From Octopus vulgaris (taxonomy: Eukaryota): DNA of 64,000 nucleotides. The notes under the pieces were generated by a model. The model did no database searches and was not told the DNA's origin. It saw only the letters and a program-made list of their open reading frames with translations. Both the position numbers and the translations under genes were made by a program. Shown one piece after another: positions 38,368 through 51,141 of this stretch. The stretch is taken from assembly GCA_951406725.2 (NCBI GenBank), contig OX597833.1, positions 49,104,001-49,168,000 on the forward strand, written 5' to 3'. Position 1 is the first letter of the stretch; every line of letters begins with the position of its first letter.

Positions 38368-39331
38368 AACATTTTTCCTGGTGTGCTAACGATAAGGTTT
38401 AAAATTAATTATTTAATTAAATTACATATAAGTGAATTTTTATTATAATCATTCGAACTCATCCAACATTTTGTATTTGTCTGTCTTTGTAATGTCCCCA
38501 TTCTATGTTCTGATCCTATGTGATCCTAATAAAAATTTCATCGCTCTGGCAACCAGGTACTCGTGATTGAAGCTGAGCTAACCAGCTCAAAACTGAGTCA
38601 GTTTCGTGAGCCTGTTGTCTGCTAGAGGATGGTAGGGGTTCATTCCCCCTGCTAGCAATATATTGGCACCTGTGCAGGTGGCATGTAAAAAGCACCCACT
38701 ACACTCTCGGAGTGGTTGGCGTTAGGAAGGGCATCCAGCTGTAGAAACACTGCCAGATCAGACTGGGCCTGGAGCAGCCTTCTGGCTTCCCAGACCCCAG
38801 TTGAACCGTCCAACCCATGCTAGCATGGAAAACGGACGTTAAACGATGATGATGATGATGATGATGATGATGAAAGTGTGCAGTGCTGCACTGATAACCA
38901 GCTGGCAGAAGACCTGCCTGGTGTTAAACTAGTAGTAACACCAAATGGCCACTTTGAAGTGGCGATTGACTTCACTACTCTGATCTCATCTTGAGATTTT
39001 ACAACTAACACATACTAATGTTTTTACGGAATTAGAACAGGCAGCATTTCTTTTAAACTTGTTTCTGACATTACTGTTCTATTCTTAACATTGATTATAT
39101 CACCTAGGTAACATAATTTGTGTCCTGCTGTAAGCCAGTGCAGTTTGCTTTCATAATACTATTTGTGTTGATGTATTCATATAAATGTGATAATGGAAGT
39201 AAGAAAATACACTTTTCTGTCTGATTTACTGAAGATTTTCCTACCACCTGTAATGTGTCAGATGGTTTGGCTTGAGAAAATAGCTTTTATGTCTACAAGA
39301 GTTATAAATACTGCTACTTAACTATATATAT

Positions 39332-39531
39332 ATATGCTTTATTTAAAAGCAGGAGAAATATAACAAAAGCTGTTACTCAGAGTTTCACGTTCCCGTTCTT
39401 CCACGGGAATGTGAAACTCTGAGTAACAGCTTTTGTTATATTTCTGCTGTTTTTAAATAAAGCATATTACTCTACCTCTGGTATTTGAGTACTCTTTTTT
39501 CCACCTTGTTTCACATTTATGTGCTTACTCT

Positions 39532-39533
<2 letters not shown>
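39332..39533 (+). mobile_element. Fold-back element in (TA)n, about 65-bp inverted arms plus unique extension, truncated hammerhead
   Basis: Arms 39332-39396 and 39403-39467. Same family as 54955-55165 in the opposite orientation. Confidence 0.75.
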
Positions 39534-39580
<47 letters not shown>

Positions 39581-40073
39581 CTTGCTTCCTAGCTACATGG
39601 TTTCGGGTTCAGTCCCACTGCGTGGCACTTTGGGCAGGTGTCTTCCACTACAGCCCCGAGTCGACCGAAGCTTTGTGATTGAATTCGGTAGGCGGAAGTT
39701 ATTGCCGTGTGTGTATATGTGCGTGTAGGTGCTCAGTGCCTCTCCGAAAGAGAGAGAGAGGGATGTATGTGTGTGTGTGTACATGGTGGGCTTCTTTCAG
39801 CTCCCATCTACCAAATCCACTCACAAGTCTATGGATAGCCATCTGTCCCAATAACAGTGAGCAGGAATATAACCTAGGGTTCAAGAATGCTAGAGGTCTC
39901 CACCACCACAGGTTTGACCACAAATCTCTCAAAGAGCAGCTAATACTTAGCCAGAAGTTATAGTCAGAAATCTTCAGCATCAGCCTCACTCCCATTATTT
40001 TATTCAAAGGTAAAATTCTGTTCTAATAATCTTTTACATTAAAATATCTTCTTTTGGGTTGGTTTCTCTTAAA

Positions 40074-40670
40074 GCAGCGAGCTGGCAGAAACGTTAGCAT
40101 GCTGAGTGAAATGCTTAGTGGTATTTCATCTGCTGTTACGTTCTGAGTTCAAATTCCGCCTAGGTTGACTTTGCCTTTCATCCTTTTGGGGTCAATTAAA
40201 TAAGTACCAGTTACGCACTAGGGTCGATATAATCGACTTCATACTTTTGTCTGTCCTTGTTTGTCCCCCTCTGTGTTTTGCCCCTTGTGGGTAATAAAGA
40301 AATAGGTATTTTGTCTGCCGTTACGTTCTGAGTTCAAATTCCGCCGAGGTCGACTTTGCCTTTCATCCTTTCGGGGTCGATAAACTAAGTACCAGTTACA
40401 CACTGGGGTTGATGTAATCGACTTCATACCTTTGTCTGTCCTTGTTTGTCCCCCTCTATGTTTAGCCCCTTGTGGGTAATAAAGAAATAGGTATTTCATC
40501 TACCGTTATGTTCTGAGTTCAAATTCCGCTGAGGTTGACTTTGCCTTTCATCCTTTCGGGGTCGATAAACTAAGTACCAGTTACACACTGGGGTCGATGT
40601 AATCGACTTCATACCTTTGTCTGTCCTTGTTTGTCACCTCTATGTTTAGCCCCTTGTGGGCAATAAAGAA
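40074..40670 (+). mobile_element. SINE family E with triplicated body
   Basis: Units start at about 40120, 40305 and 40489; same layout as 7475-8068. Confidence 0.85.
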
Positions 40671-40877
40671 AAAAGAATCGTTAGCATACCAGGCAAATTC
40701 TGCTGAGGTTGACTTTGCCTTTCATCCTTACAGGGTTGATAAAATAAGTACCAGTTGAACACTGGGGTCGATGTCATCGACTTACCCCTACCTCCGAAAT
40801 TGCTGGCCTCGTGCCAAAATTTCAAACCATTATTAAGTGCTCTTCATTGCTGTCTTAATTCCAAATTCCTTTTGCAG

Positions 40878-41000
40878 CATTTCCCTATGTACCGCCCATC
40901 TGATTTTAATTGCACCACCCCTGATGCTGCTCCTGAACCATTAAAATCAATATCATTCCAAGAAAATTTTGACTGCTTATCACAGAGTTCCACTAAGCAA
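40878..41000 (+). CDS. MPPE1: MPPE1-like exon with motif IV His (HFPMYR)
   Basis: ttttgcag acceptor, gtaaga donor. HFPMYRPSDFNCTTPDAAPEPLKSISFQENFDCLSQSSTKQ. Phase 0-0. Confidence 0.93.
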
Positions 41001-41337
41001 GTAAGAAAAATATTAATTAATAATCTTGCTTTTTTTCCTTTTAATTGATAATGTTGCTTTTTGTCAGTTTTCTTCAATTTTCTTGCATGACTGTGCTGGT
41101 GGCTTACAAAAGGCACCTGTGCCAGTGACATGTAAAAAAAACAAAAAAAAAACGCCAAGTACACTCTGGAGTGGTTGGCATTAGGAAGGGCATCCAGCTA
41201 TAGAAACCAACCCCAAAATAGTCTGGAACCCGGTGCAGCTTTCCAGCTTACTAGTTCCAGACAAACCATCTTACCCATGCTGGTATGGAAAACGGATGCT
41301 GGATGCTGATGATGATGACGACGACGGATGGTGGTGG

Positions 41338-41368
<31 letters not shown>

Positions 41369-41765
41369 ATAATGTCTGTTATAATTGTTGGCAAAATGAA
41401 TAAATTTCTGCATTATATGTCAGGAGAAACCGATTATGTATTGAGCACAAATCAAATGGTTGCATAGACGCAGGCATGGTTGTTGTGGGTAAGAAGCTTG
41501 TTTTGCAACCACGTGGTTCTGAGTTCAATCCCACTGCACAGCATCAGCATTTTTTTTTTGATTATGTGTCAACTTAACCATATGCTCAACGTCAGTAAAG
41601 TTTTTGCATTCCATCATGAATGCCAGATATTTTCAACAAGCCTACCCTGGTATGGTTGTGTGGGTAAGCAGTTTGCTTCCCAACCACATGTTTTCAGGTT
41701 CAGTCTTGCTCCATGGAACCTTGCACGAGTGTGCTCAATTATTATCATCATTATTATTATTATTG

Positions 41766-42050
41766 TGGAGGCGCAATGGCCTAGTGGTTAGGGCAGCGGA
41801 CTCGCGGTCGCAGGATCGCGGTTTCGATTCCCAGACCGGGTGTTGTGAGTGTTTATTGAGCGAAAACACCTAAAAGCTCCACGAGGCTCCAGCAGGGGGG
41901 GGGGGGTCATCCCTGCTGTACTCTTTCACCACAACTTTCTCTCACTCTTTCTTCTGTTGGCTTAGCCAGCGGGGTGGCGTCATTTGAAGGCTAAAACAAT
42001 GCGAACGCATTGTGACCAGCGATGTGTAACAACATCTGATGGTCTGGTCT
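41766..42050 (+). mobile_element. SINE with family C head and an alternative 3' module
   Basis: Matches family C up to ACTTTCTCTCACTCTT, then TTAGCCAGCGGGGTGGCGTCATTTGAAGG... Same switch at about 35825-36050. Confidence 0.75.
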
Positions 42051-42669
42051 TCAAGCTGACCAAATCCTTGTGAGTGGATTTGGTAGATGGGGAAATCTGT
42101 CTGTATATGTGTGTGTGTGTGTATGTGCATACATGCATGTGTCTGAGTATGTATGAGTGAGTGTGTGCATGCATGCATGTGTGTGAGTATGTGTGTGTGC
42201 ATGCATGTGTGTATGTGTGTGCATGCAAGAATTCTTCGCAGGGTTCTTGAAGTATGACCAGTTAACAAGTGTCACCTTAGTCTGCTGGCTGTGGACAGCT
42301 GACCCTTCCCATCATACCCAGCAATACAAGCTGTGAGTTTCCAGAAGAAGAAGAAGAGGATGAAAATGAGGACGAGTAGTCTCAACACTGCATAATAATT
42401 GTAAACAAGTCTCACTGTCATACAAGCAGTGTCGTTCATTTCCAATTCTCTGCAAAAGCATGTCTGGCCTGGCCATGGAGAAATACTACTTTGCTTGGAA
42501 ACAAGTAAGGGTTGGCCACAGGAAGGGTATCCAGCCTTGGAAAAAATCTTGATCAATGAACTCCATTTGCCCCAAGCAGACATAGAAATGATGATAACAA
42601 CTCTAGAATCCAGTTATAGAGGCATTGCATCATATATCTTTCAGCAGTTTATCTATCCCAAAGATAGCT

Positions 42670-43085
<416 letters not shown>

Positions 43086-44159
43086 TTCATCTCTTGAAGT
43101 ATCATTTTGTCAGTGTAAAATAGGTTATATGTGGCTAATGATTTCTTTCAACATCCTTTCCATTCTTCAAAAAAAAAAAAAAAAATCTGTTCCATTTCTC
43201 ACTGGCAATTAACCCTGTTAGTAGTTTCTGTGTCAGCTGTAAACAAGTCTGTGATAGGTCTCTAAGATGCCCACTTCAGTCTCTTTTTGTCTTCTCCTTC
43301 TGTATAAGAACAGTTTTTTTGTTTTTTTTCTCCTTTTCTCTTTTTATCATCCATAATAGCACATACAGTTAGACACTGAATGAATGAGTGAGGCATCTTG
43401 TTCAGTGTGTTGTATTTCTGTTGCAAAAACTGTTAAGCTTTAATGACAGAGTTAGGTTCCTACCTCCTGCTTGAAACACATTCGCAAATAAACATCCTTC
43501 AGATTAAATCTTCAGTTATATCAATTTCTATAAAACGCATCATCATCATCATCATCATCATTGTCGTCATCTATATTTTACTTTACTTTACATGCTGCCG
43601 TGAGTTTACCATGCGAGTGAAACAGTGATAATGTTGATATAATATTTGTAGTTGCCATTTATGATTGGTTACTTGGCACTTTCAAAAACATAAAGGTGGT
43701 GCTCCAGTATGGCCACAGTCAAAATTATATATAAAGTCTCTGTATCTGTAAATTGGCACAAGTTAAATGACTTTGTATTAGTATCTGTTGGTCAGTGAAA
43801 TCATGTGACCTTTGTGTTAAAGATATTTGGCGGGTTTAATTCCTGAATTGCATGGCATGTTATGTTCTTGACCAAATTACTTCATTCCATGGTTACTGAA
43901 ACAAGTAAAAGAATAAAAGGATATAAAGTCCCTGTATCTGAAAAACAGTTGAGAGTTGGTGACAAGAAAGAGCGTCTGACCATAAAATCTCACTTCAAAA
44001 TCAAATCTGTCCAAGTCCTACTAGCAAGGAAAAGCGAATGTTAAATAAATGAATGAAAAAACATAATATATGTTCAGTTATTCTTGTATTTTACATTTAT
44101 TGATATATGTCAAATTTTTATCATATCCTTATATATTGTATAACATTTTCACCACTCAT

Positions 44160-44617
44160 CATCATCATCATTGTTTAACGTCCGTTCTCCATGCTAGCAT
44201 GGGTTGGACAGTTCGACCGGGGTCTTGGAAGCCAGGAGGCTGCACCAGGCTCCAGTCTTATCTGGCAGTGTTTCTGCGGCTGGATGCCCTTCCTAACACC
44301 AACCACTCTGTGAGTGTAGTTGGTGCTTTTTACGTGCCACCGGCACAGGTGCCAGGGGGTGCTGGCAGCTGCCACGATCAGTTGGTGCTTTTTACGTGCC
44401 ACTGGCACAGAAGCCAGTCAAGGTGGCACTGGCATCGGCCACGTTCGGATGATGGTTTTTACGTGCCACCGGCACAGAAGCCAGTCAAGGCAGTGCTAGC
44501 ATCGACCACGTTCGGATGGTGCTTTTTACGTGCCACCGGCACAGGTATCACAACTACAATTTCCATTTGATTTTTATTTTGATGTTGATGTACTTGACTC
44601 AATAGGTTTCCTCAAGC
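44160..44617 (-). mobile_element. Family B retroposon with 17-bp TSD
   Basis: ACATTTTCACCACTCAT at 44143-44159 and 44618-44634; (CAT)n tail at the left end. Confidence 0.88.
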
Positions 44618-45161
44618 ACATTTTCACCACTCATTGTTTTATATAATTACTTCTCCTGTACAAACTAAACTTTTTTGTAACCCAATGTGAACCTTTTTCA
44701 TAGATATAAGAACCTAATTGCTTTTGTCAATTTTTCCTATTTAAAGGAGAAAAAGAGAGGATTTTAACTTTTACTTATCTTCTAGTAAACATAACTCTGT
44801 TTTTTTATAGGCTGATAGTATCAAAAAAAATTATTAAAAATATATTTTAAAAAATAAATAAAATTCAGTTTCTCAACAGTGAGCGTACTTCACTGCCAGA
44901 AAAAGTACTGATTTTAGTAAAAAAAAAAAAGTGTTATTTTGAACAATTTAGATAGCACAATTAAAAGGTTACTGTTAATTGTGCTATCTAAGAATTAATG
45001 GAAATTTTGAATTAAACAATGAGAACTGTGTTTATAGCCTTCCATCATTTCAGGCATGGCTTACAATAGGTAAGGCCTAGATAAGAATTACTTGGCAGAG
45101 AAAAAGTTTGCCTTGCAGATTTATGAGACAAAGGAGGGTAATCCCTTCCTCCGCAGTCCCT

Positions 45162-45530
45162 TGCTGGAGCACCGCCTTTAGTTGAACAAATCAACCCCAG
45201 GACTTATTCTTTGTAAGCCTAGTACTTATTCTATCGGTCTCTTTTGCCGAACCGCTAGGTTATGGGGACGTAAACACTCCAGCATCAGTTGTCAAGCGAT
45301 GTTGGGGGGACAAACACATATACACAAACATATACATACACATATACATACATATATATATACATATATACAACGGGTTTCTTTTCAGTTTCTGTCTACG
45401 AAATCCACTCACAAGGCTTTGGTCGGCTTCAGGCTATAGTAGAAGACACTTGCCCAAGGTGCCACGCAGTGGGACTGAACCCGGAACCATGTGGTTCGTA
45501 AGCAAGCTACTTACCACACAGCCACTCCTA
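45162..45530 (-). mobile_element. SINE family A
   Basis: Reverse complement of family A, 3'-truncated. Confidence 0.8.
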
Positions 45531-46928
45531 CATTCTGTGTGCAAATCCTTGATGCTAACGAGTAGGCTGTGATCACTAATCACATGCATTATATTGCAAT
45601 AAATTATATCAGCCCAGATGAAGTAACAACAAAATTGAACTCAGAACAGTGTGGAATCAAATTTTTAATCTCACAAATTATCTGGTTCAGCTCTCTTCCA
45701 GCAATTTTCACTGTTATAGCAGTGGTGCAAATAACTAAAATTGTAATTATAATTGAAATAATGGCATTGAAAAATTAATCAGTCAGAAAGTTCTGGAGTT
45801 CTTTTTTTTTTTTGTTTTTCATCATCATCATCATCATCATCATCATTTAGCATCCGCTTTTCATGCTAGCATGGGTTGGACAGTTTAACTGGGGTCTGGG
45901 AAGCCAGAAGGCTGCACCAGGCCCAGTCTGATCTGGCAATGTTTCTACGGCTGGATGCCCTTCCTAATGCCAACCACTCCGTGAGTGTAGTGGGTGCTTT
46001 TTACGTGCCACGTTTTTTTTTTTTTTTCTAGGTTAGCATCTTATATCTTCTGTTACTCAAATGAATATGAGTTTTATATTTAAAAACATTAGCACTCTCT
46101 CTCTCTTTCGGAGAGGCACTGAGCAGCTATACGCACACATACACACACGGCAGTAACTTCCACCTACCGAATTCAATCACAAAGCTCCGGTCGGCTCGGG
46201 GCTATAGTGGAAGACACCTACCCAAAGTGCCACGCAGTGGGACCGAACCCGAAACCATGTAGCTAGGAAGCAAGCTCCCTAACCACACAGCCACTAATTT
46301 ATTTAAATAGAATCTCTAATGGCAAATCCAGTCAGAGACAAAGTTTTGTTTTAGTGCAGGAATAATTTAAATGCTGTGTTCGGAAACAATTAAAATAATT
46401 GTTTCTGATGAGGGGCACAAAACAGCTGTTCTGCTCTCCTTTATGTGTCAGGAAGTAATTGAAGGCATATAAAGTTAACAGGGTTATTCAACAGCCTTAC
46501 TTTTTATTTGCTGCTCGTCAGTCAAGGAAAAAATCAATAATCCAATAATATCTTTGATCAACCTCTTTTTAGAAACAAAATACTGAATGAAAATTTCTCT
46601 GTATTTTTTATTTAGGAAATAATGAATCTGATATTTGTTTTCATCATTTGCTGGTGATTACTATTCAAGTTTCTAGTTTACATCTTACCATCCATTCAGT
46701 TTCCTTGGGATATTTTAATAGAAGATGTTGGTGCGAATGTTACGTCAGTTTACTGCCTTCATCGAATGTGCATTCATATGCAAAAATAACTTCAGACCGA
46801 TGAGCCGGTATAGGAGCCTGTGTGTAAATCAGTTAATCTGCTATAAATAGCAGCTAAATCCCCCTCAGGTTACACACTCTGCTGTCTTAAAAGGAGACAT
46901 GTATCCAGGATAATATATACCTGTTTCT

Positions 46929-47013
<85 letters not shown>

Positions 47014-47024
47014 TAAATGTGCCC

Positions 47025-47265
47025 TTTTAAAGCCTATAGCCAGGCTCATGGGCCCGGTTTCCCAGTTTCTATGGCGTATGTGTTCCCCAGCTGGATGGGA
47101 CGCCAGTCCATTGCAGCGTTACTCATTTTTGCCAGCTGAGCAGACTGGAGCAACATGAAATGAAGTGTTTTGCTCAAGAACACAATGCATTACCTGGTCC
47201 AAGAATCGAAACCACAATCCTACGATCATGGTGCTGACACCCTAACCACTAAGCCACATGGCTCC
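47025..47265 (-). mobile_element. tRNA-derived SINE with a central CTTGAGCAAAACACTT...GATGG/AATGGACTGGCGTCCCATCCAG domain
   Basis: tRNA-like head at the right end. The central motif resembles conserved domains of widespread metazoan SINE superfamilies; exact superfamily not determined. Confidence 0.6.
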
Positions 47266-47284
47266 ATATATGTGTGTGTGTGTA

Positions 47285-47317
<33 letters not shown>

Positions 47318-47880
47318 AAATAAAAAATATCAAGTAAACAGTTGTTTGCTCAATTGAACTATTGACTCGTTTAATTGGCATGTAAATGGCTGAATATTCC
47401 ATTGACACTTATACTATCAACATAATCCCTTCTGCAAGTATCAGTGTGACAAAGTGTATGATAAGGCTGGTCCTTTTGAATTACAAGTGCAGTGCATCAT
47501 ATGGGCTTCTGTACAATTTTCGTCTACCCCGTTAAACTCACAGGGCTTGCATTGACCTAAGGCTTTAATAACAGACTCTTGCAAAAAAATATTGAACCCT
47601 GGACCTTAATGAATTCAAAGCAAACTTTTAAAATGCTCAGCCATGCCTGCATTTTGGATACACCATGTTTCAACACTTTTAGCATTTAAGCTGACCATAT
47701 AATATAATGAAATTATTGTATACAGTGCTCAGGTGCACCACAACTTATCAAAAGCTAGTTAGAAAAAAATTACAGGCTCAAGTACAACTGCCTTAATCCA
47801 TGCTGGATTTAATATATGGGTTGCATCCTACAATTATATTTTCTAACTGTTGATAAAATTGCTACCTATGAGTGTTTTAT

Positions 47881-48157
47881 AATAATGAAATTATTGTATG
47901 CAGTGCTCAGGTGCACCACAACTTGTCAGAAAGTGCGTATAAAGCATATGCAGTAATGTACAAATGGCTGGGAAGCGAACAGTGTATGAGTCAGATACAT
48001 GCTTGCATGTGTATGGAGGGGAGAAAATCAGGTGTAGTGTTGGCAAATCCCAGGAAGCATGGAAGTTTTGAAGGATGCAGTGCTCCGACAACTAACAACT
48101 CATGCTGGCAGTTTGTTCCATGCTTCAGCAACTCTTAGTGTGAAAAATTGTGTCCGA
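47881..48157 (-). mobile_element. CR1-like LINE 3' end
   Basis: Minus strand encodes FFTLRVAEAWNKLPA, the typical CR1 ORF2 C-terminal motif. Second copy at 59620-59870. Confidence 0.75.
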
Positions 48158-48387
48158 AACTGGCCCAGATATACAACCTGTTTCACGTTGAAACCAACCT
48201 GATCCCGGCCTCTCACATCTACTCTACAATGTCATTCAAAAAATAACAATCACATCATCAAAATTTTTAAGCTACAACATAAATATAATGCATGATTAAA
48301 TCAAAACAATGTGAATAAATAAGCTCTACATTTGGGAGAATAATCTGAATGCTTAAGGGTTAAGTAAAAGAGGGATGATCACAACTC

Positions 48388-48814
48388 GGATCTTTTCAGT
48401 TTGAACGGCAGTTTTTAACATAGCTTGTAGGTAACTAAAACATTTTAAACTTCGTATACTGGTAGAATGTGTTTATAAAACATCTTTTTCTCTTGGCTTT
48501 ATTGAGAAAATTCTGTAGTTTGTAAGATATTTGTTGTTTTTTTTTCTTCAATTTCTGCAATTTCAACCAATCAATAACCTCCATTGAGGTAAAAAACATT
48601 GTGCCGTATGACTATGTCCCTTGTTTAAGAAACAGATTGGGTTTATTTACATTTGTGAAGAAAAAAAGATACCCTTCCCCCCTAACCCTAACTCTATCTA
48701 ACCCTAACCCTAAAACAGATTGAAATGCAATAGATCGATACTAGGGTCATAATTATAGGTAACAATTTCATATGACACAGCTAGAAAAAACTGCCATTCA
48801 AACCGAAAAGATCC
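48388..48814. mobile_element. MITE with about 29-bp TIRs and 8-bp TSD (Merlin-like)
   Basis: GGATCTTTTCAGTTTGAACGGCAGTTTTT / AAAAAACTGCCATTCAAACCGAAAAGATCC. TSD CACAACTC at 48380-48387 and 48815-48822. Confidence 0.85.
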
Positions 48815-49170
48815 CACAACTCTAGCATTTTTTAATATAGATCTGCTCTGTAGGACAAGAACAATGATATCAGGTTGTTGCTAAGTTATAAAAGCAACAC
48901 CATTCCCTTGGTTATTTCATATTTTACCCTGATATAATCATATTGGATTTCATTCTGTTGAAGTAAGGCTTAGTTTTTTTCACATAAATCGTGCTTACTG
49001 GCCATTTCTTTGTTATCTGCTTTAAGATAAGTTTATTAAAAGAGGTAAGTTTAGAAGATTTACGATAGCTTATACAATCATATGTCATATTAGTAATGAT
49101 AGATGAATGTTAGTTAAATATCAATGAGAAAGCAAGCGTGTTTTCTTAGCAGTCTATATTGTCAGTAACT

Positions 49171-49512
49171 GCTGCTGAGATCCCCTTCGGTCATGACTGA
49201 CTGTAGGATTGCTCCTAGAAAGTTACTCTCCCAGGCACAAGTCTGGGCAAGGTTGTTTATAGAAGGCCAGCACTTACCCATGCATACCGGCCTCCCCTCT
49301 CCACGCCACCAGTGTTATCCGAAGGAAAGGCAAAGGCCGATACAGCTTGGCACCTGTGACGTCACAACTCATTTTTACAGCTGAGTGAACTGGAGCAACA
49401 TGAAATAAAGTGTCTTGCTCAAGAACACAACACGCAGCCCAGTCCAGGATTCGAACTCACAACCTCATGATCGTAAGCTTGATGCTCTAACCACTGAGCC
49501 ATGCGCCTACAC
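49171..49512 (-). mobile_element. tRNA-derived SINE with 11-bp TSD
   Basis: Minus-strand A box TGGCTCAGTGG and B box GTTCGAATC. TSD TGTCAGTAACT at 49160-49170 and 49513-49523. Related copies at about 16110-16370 and 21820-22100. Confidence 0.85.
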
Positions 49513-49683
49513 TGTCAGTAACTATAGTGTCAGCATCTGTAAATTGGCACAAGTTAAATGACTTTGTGTTAGTATCTGTTGGTCAGTGAAATCATGTGAC
49601 CTTTGTGTTTAAGATATTGGGTGAGTTTAATTTGTGTTCAAGATGTTGGGCGGGTTTAATTCCTGCGTTGCATGGCATGTTAT

Positions 49684-49943
49684 ATTTCATTTTTGGATTT
49701 GGTTTGCAAGATTCTTTATATGAGTTCATGTGTTGAAGCATATTCTGTTATGTCTGGGGAGAGTCATTTTCTTTTTGTGCCTTATAATTTAACACACTCA
49801 CCGGTAAAATTTCCACTTATTTCTTATTTTTATTTTCCTAAAATTTTCATTGCGTCTTGTAACCTTTTCAATAGTCTTGACTCTCAAGTGTGTTACATTA
49901 TTAGGCACGAAAAAAAAAATTGACTCTCCCCAGACACAACAGA
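49684..49943. mobile_element. 260-bp insertion with partially inverted end and 12-bp TSD (Penelope-like terminus candidate)
   Basis: TSD ATGGCATGTTAT at 49672-49683 and 49944-49955. 49743-49798 is inverted at 49887-49943. Empty paralogous site at 43852. Confidence 0.75.
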
Positions 49944-51079
49944 ATGGCATGTTATGTTCTTGACCAAATTACTTCATTCCATGTTTTTCTGCTCAGCTGA
50001 GTCCTGGAACAGCCTTCTCTCTCCCTCCAGCTATCACACCCTCCATGTTCCACTGGATCATTAGTAGCCAGGAGGTGGGGTGGGGGGCAGAGGATGTCTA
50101 GGTCTGCTAGCAACTACATAGATACATAAAACAATTAACAAAAGCATATTACCAAATTATATTCATGACTATGACTGGGTAAGTGCTACCAATTCACACT
50201 CAATTATGATTAGGACTTGCTGGCATATACCATGTGTTCACTAATTACCAAGCCATCTGTTGATCAGGCTCTAATTTGTTATTGATGTACATAAGGTAGT
50301 CTTGTATAGACTGCTTTGGAGGGTTGGGACTAGAAATCCACGGTAGATTCATTAATGCAGTTCAAAAGTGTTGAGAAAGCTGGACAAGGCATCATAAATG
50401 ATGCTAATAGTTTGCAGCAAGATATGTCTTTAGTGCTAATTCCATGACTTAATAGATTATGGAGCATTCGTTTCTTTGATAATCATCATCATCATCATCA
50501 TTGTTTAACATCCGTTTTCCATGCTAGCACGGGTTGGAAGGTTCGACTGGGGTCTGGGAAGCCAGGAGGCTGCACCAGGCACCAGTCTGATCTGGCAGTA
50601 TTTCTACAGCTTGATGCCCTTCCTAACGCCAACCACTCCGTGAGTGTAGAAGACACATTATATATATTTATATATAATGTGTATATAAATATAAATATAT
50701 GTGTGTGTGTGTATGTAATATAAATATATATATTCTATCAGTGTCTTTTGCCGAACTGCTAAGTTACGGTGACGTAAACACACCAGCGTCGGTTGTCAAG
50801 TGATGTTGGGGGAACAAACACAGACACACACACACATATATATATATACATATATACGACGAGCTTCTTTCAGTTTCTGTCTACCAAATCCACTCACAAG
50901 GCTTTCGTTGACCCGAGGCTATAGTAGAAGTCACTTGCCCAAGGTGCCATGCTGTGGGAATGAACCTGGAACCATGTGGTTCGTAAACAAGCTACTTACC
51001 ACACAGCGACTCCTACGCCTATATATATATATATCATCATCATCATCATCATTTAGCGTCCGTTTTCCATGCTAGCATG

Positions 51080-51141
<62 letters not shown>

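Noticed and set aside
43373-43410. Possible pre-miRNA hairpin ACACTGAAT...GTTCAGTGT
   Set aside because: Stem too short, without supporting basal pairing.
48680-48713. True telomere or chromosome fusion site
   Set aside because: Only a few degenerate CCCTAA units, inside a TIR-bounded MITE.
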